A program made the translations under genes and the position numbers. The notes beneath the pieces are model-generated. The model saw only the letters and a list, made by a program, of their open reading frames with translations. It searched no databases and was not told where the DNA came from. Shown one piece after another: positions 58,281-64,000 of a stretch of 64,000 nt of DNA. The stretch is from assembly GCA_002423615.1 (NCBI GenBank), contig DIKO01000092.1, positions 33,367 to 97,366 on the forward strand, given 5' to 3'. Within the stretch, counting starts at the first letter, position 1. Each line of letters opens with the position of its first letter. Source of the DNA: Desulfobacteraceae bacterium UBA5616. GTDB taxonomy: Bacteria; Desulfobacterota; Desulfobacteria; Desulfobacterales; UBA5616.

Positions 58281-58302
58281 CATTGTTTCTTCATTGTTTC
58301 TT
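58281..58302. repeat. Perfect tandem 11-mer (CATTGTTTCTT x2) immediately upstream of the reductase -35 box
   Basis: Read directly: 58281-58291 and 58292-58302 are identical. Relative to the minus-strand promoter the repeat occupies roughly -37 to -58, a typical activator position. Confidence 0.6.
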
Positions 58303-58479
58303 CTTTAACATGTAGTACTTGTGGACATTTTTGAAGGGGCTGAAAAAGTGTCGGCAATCTGCCCCGAAACGCCATTCTGGAGGGCTGCCAATATTTTGTT
58401 TACTGAATGAAATTTATATGCTTAAACTTTAACCACCCAATAATTTGGATTTTATTTCAACATCATCAGGAGGTTTCCC

Positions 58480-59808
58480 ATGAGCAAGAATCTGGTATCC
58501 ATCGTCAAATATGAAAAACCCTATGAATCCGTCCGAAAAGCCGTTGAATTGGCCGGGGGTCTGGACCATCTTCCGTCCAAGGCCAAAGTGTTCATCAAAC
58601 CCAATATCGTCTTCTGGACCAAGGCTGTGGTTTTTCCCAAATGGGGCGTCATCACGACATCCAGAGTTATCGAAGATATCGTGGTTATGCTCAAGGAAAG
58701 AGGCATCGATGATATCACCATCGGGGAAGGCATGGTGCTGAGTGAATCCAAGGACAAGGAAACTCCGGCCCACGCATTCGAATACCTGGGTTACAATACA
58801 CTGAAGAAACGGTACGGCGTCAAGGCGATGAATGTTTTTGACGGTGATATGGAAAAGGTGGATCTTGGAGACGGGGTTGAACTGACCTTCGGCGCTGAAA
58901 TTATCCACAGTGATTTTGTGGTGGACATTCCCGCCATGAAAACACACAATCAAACTGTCGTGAGTCTGGGAATTAAGAACCTGAAAGGCATGATCGACTT
59001 AAAATCCCGAAAAATCTGCCATAACGCAGACCCCAGCAGGGATCTGAACTTTCACGTCGCGAGGCTCGCGGACAAAATGCCGCCCATGCTGACCATCATC
59101 GACGGCATCTACACGCTTGAAAAAGGGCCTTCCTTTGACGGACGCATGAAAAGAAGCAATATTCTCATCGCCTCATCGGATGTTCTCTCGGCGGATATGG
59201 TGGGCGCAAAGATCCTCGGATATGAGCCGTCCCAGGTCCCCCATCTGGTCTTTGCGGCGGGAAACCGCAAACGGCCGCATGATTTGTCGGATGTGGAAGT
59301 CGTGGGTGAAAAAATCGAGGACCTTCAGGACTTCCATAAAAGCGATTTCGAGTACATTGAAGACGACAAGGGCTGTATGCCCGCCGCTCTGAAGAAAAGC
59401 GGCATTGAAGGGTTGTACTACCGGAAATTCGACCTGTCACTTTGCACCTACTGTTCCGGAACCAACGGCATGATCCTGACCGCCATCCGCAGCGCCTGGA
59501 AAGGAAACAAATGGGATGACGTCGAGGTTCTGACCGGAAAGCAGAAGAAACCCACCCCGGGTATGTCCAAAACCATCCTGGTGGGAAAATGCATGTATGA
59601 AGCCAACAAGGACCATCCCGACATCAAGGAAATGATCGCCATCAAGGGATGCCCTCCCCAGCCGAAAAACATCATCAAAGCCCTTCAGCAAGCCGGCATC
59701 GAAGTCGATCCCACGATTTTCGACCACGCTGAAATGGCACCCGGCCTTCTCATGAGCCGTTATGCGGGAAACCCCGAATTTGAAGAATCCTTTTTTCAGA
59801 TCGCTTGA
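58480..59808 (+). CDS. DUF362 domain protein with a Cys-rich C-terminal extension
   Basis: 442 aa. The N-terminal VFIKPNIV...TSRVIEDIVVMLKERGIDDITIGEG...MKTHNQTVVSLGIKNLKG is DUF362-like. The C-terminal ~110 aa carry CTYC...GKC...KGCPP. AGGAGG lies upstream. Confidence 0.7.
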   Translation: MSKNLVSIVKYEKPYESVRKAVELAGGLDHLPSKAKVFIKPNIVFWTKAVVFPKWGVITTSRVIEDIVVMLKERGIDDITIGEGMVLSESKDKETPAHAFEYLGYNTLKKRYGVKAMNVFDGDMEKVDLGDGVELTFGAEIIHSDFVVDIPAMKTHNQTVVSLGIKNLKGMIDLKSRKICHNADPSRDLNFHVARLADKMPPMLTIIDGIYTLEKGPSFDGRMKRSNILIASSDVLSADMVGAKILGYEPSQVPHLVFAAGNRKRPHDLSDVEVVGEKIEDLQDFHKSDFEYIEDDKGCMPAALKKSGIEGLYYRKFDLSLCTYCSGTNGMILTAIRSAWKGNKWDDVEVLTGKQKKPTPGMSKTILVGKCMYEANKDHPDIKEMIAIKGCPPQPKNIIKALQQAGIEVDPTIFDHAEMAPGLLMSRYAGNPEFEESFFQIA

Positions 59809-59818
59809 TTTAGAAAAT

Positions 59819-59852
59819 GACGAACAGTTCCTCTCAAAAGGGGCTGTTCGTC
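59819..59852 (+). other. Intercistronic stem-loop between the DUF362 gene and the ACS alpha gene
   Basis: Perfect 9-bp stem GACGAACAG / CTGTTCGTC with a 16-nt loop and no trailing U-run, so it is more likely an mRNA-stability or processing element than a terminator. Confidence 0.35.
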
Positions 59853-59890
59853 CCGATTAACCTCTGCAAGGTTTTAAATCGGAGGTGGAC

Positions 59891-61315
59891 ATGCAAAAGC
59901 CCATCATTGAGGAGCTTAAGCCTCTTTTTCTTCCCGAATCCATCGCCATTATCGGCGCCTCCAACACCGACGGAAAATGGGGAAACATGATGGTCACCCG
60001 TCCGGTTCAATCCGGTTACAGGGGCCGCATTTACCCCATCAACCCCAAGGAAAAAACGATTTACGGCCTTAAGGCCTACCCGAGCATAGGCGATGTACCC
60101 GATGCCGTGGATCTGGCCATTTTCACCATACCCGCTGAAATGGTTCCTTCCGCCATGGAAGCGTGCGTGAAAAAAGGGGTCCGGGCCGGGGTGATTATTT
60201 CCGCGGGTTTTGCCGAAACCGGCCCAAAGGGGGAAAAACTTCAGAACGAAACCGCCCGTATCGCCCGAAACGGCGGGATTCGTTTCATCGGTCCCAACTG
60301 CATGGGGTTCTGGAGTTCCACCATCCGGCTGAACACGGCCTTCCAATTCATGCCCAAACCCGGCGGCATTTCATTCGTGTCCCAGAGCGGCACCATGGGC
60401 GGATATCTCCTTGAAACGGCCAACAACAAGGGATACGGCTTCAATTCATTTTTAAGTGTCGGAAACCAGGCGGATTTGTCCATGGCCGATTATGTCGAAT
60501 ACCTGGGCGAGGACCCCATGACCAAGGTCATCGTGCTCTATATCGAGGGCCTTAAGAATGCCGGCCGTTTTATGGAAAATGCCGCAAAGGTCATCCGGAA
60601 GAAACCCATCATCGTTTACAAGGCCGGACGGACCGAAAGCGGGTCAAGGGCCACCATGAGTCATACCGCTTCCATCGCCGGTTCGGACACGGTATTTGAA
60701 GCGGCCTGCCGGCAGGTGGGAATCATCCGGACCTACGACGTCATTCACGCCTTTGACCTGGCCGAAGCCCTTTCTAAACAACCCCTTCCCGGGGGAAACC
60801 GTGTGGCCATCGTTTCCGGCGGGGGCGGGCACTGCGTGGTGTCCACCGATGCGTGCGGCGTTCTGGGTCTGGAAGTTCCGGAGCTTGATAAAAAAACCAG
60901 TGAAAAGATACACAAACTGCTCCTGCCCCATGCCCCGTTCCCCAAAAACCCCATTGACATGGCCGCCGACCCGAGGCTGGATACGGTCACCAAAATATTG
61001 TCCATTCTGGCGGAAGATCCCCATATCGACATCATCATGGCCACGGCCCCGTTTTTCAGAGATATAACCGAGCCGAAAATTATTCGGAAACTATTGGATA
61101 CGGTTGTGGCCCTGTCGGAAATTCCCCATCAGTTCGGCAAACCCCTGCTTGCCATGACCCACCGAAGCCGGATGCAGGGAATTTTTTTCGAAATCATGAA
61201 AAACAAGGGGATTCCTTTTTATGAATTCCCTGAAGAAGCAGCCCGGGCGGCCTATGGATTGTTCCGGTATTCGGAAATCCGAAAAAGGTTCGCGTCTTCT
61301 CCGGAAGCCTCTTAA
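59891..61315 (+). CDS. ADP-forming acyl-CoA synthetase alpha-type subunit (second paralog)
   Basis: LFLPESIAIIGAS, RFIGPNCMG, VSQSGTM, SGSRATMSHTASIAGS (His loop). The ATG at 59891 lies 5 nt after GGAGG; the track GTG at 59885 overlaps the RBS. Confidence 0.8.
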   Translation: MQKPIIEELKPLFLPESIAIIGASNTDGKWGNMMVTRPVQSGYRGRIYPINPKEKTIYGLKAYPSIGDVPDAVDLAIFTIPAEMVPSAMEACVKKGVRAGVIISAGFAETGPKGEKLQNETARIARNGGIRFIGPNCMGFWSSTIRLNTAFQFMPKPGGISFVSQSGTMGGYLLETANNKGYGFNSFLSVGNQADLSMADYVEYLGEDPMTKVIVLYIEGLKNAGRFMENAAKVIRKKPIIVYKAGRTESGSRATMSHTASIAGSDTVFEAACRQVGIIRTYDVIHAFDLAEALSKQPLPGGNRVAIVSGGGGHCVVSTDACGVLGLEVPELDKKTSEKIHKLLLPHAPFPKNPIDMAADPRLDTVTKILSILAEDPHIDIIMATAPFFRDITEPKIIRKLLDTVVALSEIPHQFGKPLLAMTHRSRMQGIFFEIMKNKGIPFYEFPEEAARAAYGLFRYSEIRKRFASSPEAS

Positions 61316-61325
61316 CCGCCAGTCT

Positions 61326-62804
61326 TCAAGAGTTTCGGCGGTCCCGGGACAGGTAGTAATCCGCAACCCGGCGAAGCACCGAAAATGCCTGCCCTCCGCT
61401 CTCGAAGCAGGGGATGCCGTGGTCCGTGTAAAATTTACGGGCCTTTAATTTGCCTTCTTCGACGGGAAGATGATCCGGATCCGATGAGATTTCCGGGATG
61501 ACCACTACCAGGGGTTTCCGGGTTCGCTGAAAAATTTCCCGGGCCGCGGGTACGATTTTCCTGTGGAACTCGAAATTTTCCGGATTGAAACCCGGATTTT
61601 TCCCCTCTTCACGGGTGAACGTGCTTAAAACATAGAAGAGAAGCTGATACAGAACCAGAAAATCGATGTTATCCTTCCCGGCCATGGCTTCCATGATGGG
61701 GATCATTACCGCAGGCGGCATTCCGGGATTTGCCAGATCCGCCGGATTACCAGCAGCGCCACCGGAAGGGGGCAAGAGTTTTTTCATCATATCAATGGTT
61801 TCAGGGTCCAGCACCGGAATTTCAAATCCGTGGACCGACGCCGCATCAAGCGCCTCAACGCAGCGTAACCCGCCCCCGGCCAGAACACCGGCGCCTTTTC
61901 CACTAAATTCATCCAGAAGACAGAAAGCCATCATACAGTCACTTAAATCCTTAATGTCCCCTGCCGCGGTCGCCCCTGCCGACTTGACCGCCGCTTCCCA
62001 GGTTTTTCTCGATCCTGCCATGGACCCGGTATGGCCGATGGTACCCCGTCTTCCCTGTTCGGTCAGTCCTCCCTTATGAATGACCACGGGTTTTTTTGCC
62101 GCGCAGGCTTTCAGGGCTTTAAAAAAAGAAGCGCCGTCCTTCACCCCCTCCAGGTATGCGCCCACAACCCGGGTGTTTTCATCCTGCTCGAAATATCGCA
62201 GAAGATCGACCACATCGACATCACTCCCATTGCCGTAACTCACCAGAACGGAAAACCTTACACCCCTGCCCTGCCCCATGTTGACGATATCACAGGCGCC
62301 GCCGCCGCTTTGGGAAATAAATCCCGCTGATCCGCTTTCCCGGGAAAAATCAACCCCCGGCAAGAGTGTCAGGCCGCCGGCCGGGCAGTAAATGCCGAAA
62401 CAATTGGGGCCCACGATCCGCATGCCGGTTTTTTGCGCAAGGTCGATCAACTCGGATTCCAGTTTTTCTCCTGATTCTCCGGCTTCCCTGAACCCCGCGG
62501 ACAGGATTTCCACGCCTTTTACTCCCTTTTCAGCGCAAGCCTTTACAGCGGGGAGCACAAAAGCACCGGGGGTTGTAATTATCGCCAGGTCGACGGGATC
62601 CGGTACGGCCGTGATATCCGGGAACGAATACAATCCCTGGATCCGGGTTTCTTTCGGGTTGATGGGAAAAAGTTTCCCTTTAAATCCGAACCGCATTAAA
62701 TTTTCCAGGATTCTTCCGCCGAATTTTGCCGTATCGTTGGATGCACCGATAACAGCGACGCTTTCCGGCATAAAAATGTGATTCAATGGATGATCGTTCA
62801 TCAT
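61326..62804 (-). CDS. ADP-forming acyl-CoA synthetase alpha-type subunit (third paralog)
   Basis: 492 aa. IFMPESVAVIGAS, RIVGPNCFG, ISQSGGG, QGRRGTIGHTGSMAGS. It is convergent with the previous gene, with stops 10 nt apart. AGGAG lies 2 nt before the ATG. Confidence 0.8.
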   Translation of the reverse strand: MMNDHPLNHIFMPESVAVIGASNDTAKFGGRILENLMRFGFKGKLFPINPKETRIQGLYSFPDITAVPDPVDLAIITTPGAFVLPAVKACAEKGVKGVEILSAGFREAGESGEKLESELIDLAQKTGMRIVGPNCFGIYCPAGGLTLLPGVDFSRESGSAGFISQSGGGACDIVNMGQGRGVRFSVLVSYGNGSDVDVVDLLRYFEQDENTRVVGAYLEGVKDGASFFKALKACAAKKPVVIHKGGLTEQGRRGTIGHTGSMAGSRKTWEAAVKSAGATAAGDIKDLSDCMMAFCLLDEFSGKGAGVLAGGGLRCVEALDAASVHGFEIPVLDPETIDMMKKLLPPSGGAAGNPADLANPGMPPAVMIPIMEAMAGKDNIDFLVLYQLLFYVLSTFTREEGKNPGFNPENFEFHRKIVPAAREIFQRTRKPLVVVIPEISSDPDHLPVEEGKLKARKFYTDHGIPCFESGGQAFSVLRRVADYYLSRDRRNS

Positions 62805-62825
62805 GACTCCTGAGGTAAAATGGGT

Positions 62826-63905
62826 CTATATTTTTTTTAAACCCGCGATTAAAGGAAAGTCAGGCAATTTACCGTTAAACAACATCTCCAATGCTTGACT
62901 TGCCTTAACCCCGTGTTTGCTACAAGTTGACAAATAGCTTCGAACTCGGCAAAACATTCTGGCTCCTTCCATGGAGCGGAAACAACCCGATATCTTCTGC
63001 TGAACTTTGGTCATCCGGATATCATTTTCACCCTGGTTGTTCGTAAAGTATGGTTTCCAGTGATCATGGCACAATACCCCGTTGAAATCCGCCAGAATTC
63101 CCATGGCGATCATGGCTTCCATTCCTCTTTTCTCATGGGGATAAAAACAGGTCCAAAGCGCATTGGATACGGAGTGCAGCCAATGTCCCTTTCCGCCCAT
63201 ATTGATACCCGTTTCATCCGCATGGGCATGATCTGAAGCAATCAGTTCGGCTTTAACCCGACTTTCAAATCCGGCTAAAAGCTCATAGGCCTCTTTATTG
63301 AAATTGAAAATAGACCCTTCACAGACCGGTATATGGAACTGATCGGCGAAATGATCCTGTATCCAGTTATACGGTATCATTTGAAATTGCGACATATATA
63401 CCGAATGCGCCTTGATCCCGTTGCCGTATTGTACGGCTTTGGTAACACCCGCCGGAAAAGAGGCCGTAAACCGGTTGCCCTCTTTATCTTCAAGAATCTC
63501 CGCCCGGTATTCCGTGACGACTCTGGAGATGTTAATGTCGAATACCTGACGCTTGTCAAAACCAACCTGCTTGTAAACACCCGGCGGCAGTTGACCCTGA
63601 TCTACTTTGATCACTTCAATTTTATCAGGCTTATCAACCCTTTTAAGGGTCGTGCCAACATGATCATTCTGGCCTCCCGGTTTTTTATCCGTTCGATTCC
63701 GCGGTTCCTTCTTTCTGTTCGGATCGCTTGATGGCGGCTTGCTGCTGTTCCGGCTGTTTAAACCCAAACGATTGGCAAGTAACGTTATGATCAGAATCAA
63801 AAGCTCGAACATTGATTTCGAAGAAGCTGATAGCTGCCTATCCTCACGAATAAGATTCCGCGCATTTTCAACGGCAGCCTCAATATCAATGTTTTCGATC
63901 TTCAT
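62826..63905 (-). mobile_element. IS66-family (single-ORF type) transposase gene remnant with an apparent internal deletion
   Basis: 359 aa. The N-terminus ...LNSRNSSKPPSSDPNRKK... and DETGINMGGKGHWLH...VLCHDHWKPYF are IS66 Tnp blocks. PYF is followed immediately by TNNQGENDIRMTKVQQKISGCFRS...FCRVRSYLSTC, which I recall lying more than 100 aa further downstream in intact IS66 transposases. Confidence 0.65.
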
Positions 63906-64000
63906 CCGGGGTTTCCTGTGTCATTTGTTGAAACCACTATCACACAGGTTTTAAAACCCGATTTTTTCCTCCTGTAGTCAACGACGTCACATTATATTTT

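Noticed and set aside
1-64000. Searched for CRISPR arrays, rRNA genes, integrases, toxin-antitoxin pairs and known defence-system gene sets
   Set aside because: None was found by eye. The only mobile-element signature is the IS66-type remnant at the right edge, and the only RNA gene is tRNA-Leu.

Overview
The window is a gene-dense, roughly 50% GC bacterial chromosome segment. The gene content points to a strictly anaerobic Desulfobacterota-type organism (inference): a tetraheme cytochrome c3, hypAB, a mitochondrial-type EF-G paralog, TRAP uptake genes and many CoA-ester enzymes.

Positions 1-16.3 kb are mostly housekeeping genes: secA (partial), folD, argC, a TRAP transporter plus a crotonase, pyk, holA-lgt-lspA-ileS, rfbD and tRNA-Leu(UAA).

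From about 17 kb to 62.8 kb the window becomes a loosely organised acyl-CoA catabolic island. It contains:
- two adjacent pairs of family III CoA-transferases;
- two adjacent pairs of acyl-CoA dehydrogenases, each pairing the same two sequence classes;
- a fifth ACAD in a TetR-linked operon;
- two crotonases;
- etfBA;
- three ADP-forming acyl-CoA synthetase alpha-type genes but only one beta (ATP-grasp) gene;
- a CoA-transferase fused to a Pat-type GNAT;
- a DUF362 protein;
- a four-gene class-I benzoyl-CoA-reductase-like ATP-dependent reductase operon (53930-58173). This operon is the most interesting element.

Housekeeping genes are interspersed in the island: xth, nth, hypAB, a NUDIX gene, an Smr gene and fusA-like.

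Three genes look damaged. An MBL hydrolase is broken at an A8 run. An RND pump carries an in-frame TAA. An IS66-type transposase at the right edge has an internal deletion.

No rRNA, CRISPR array or recognisable defence system was seen. All functional calls rest on by-eye motif and family recognition. No database search was run.
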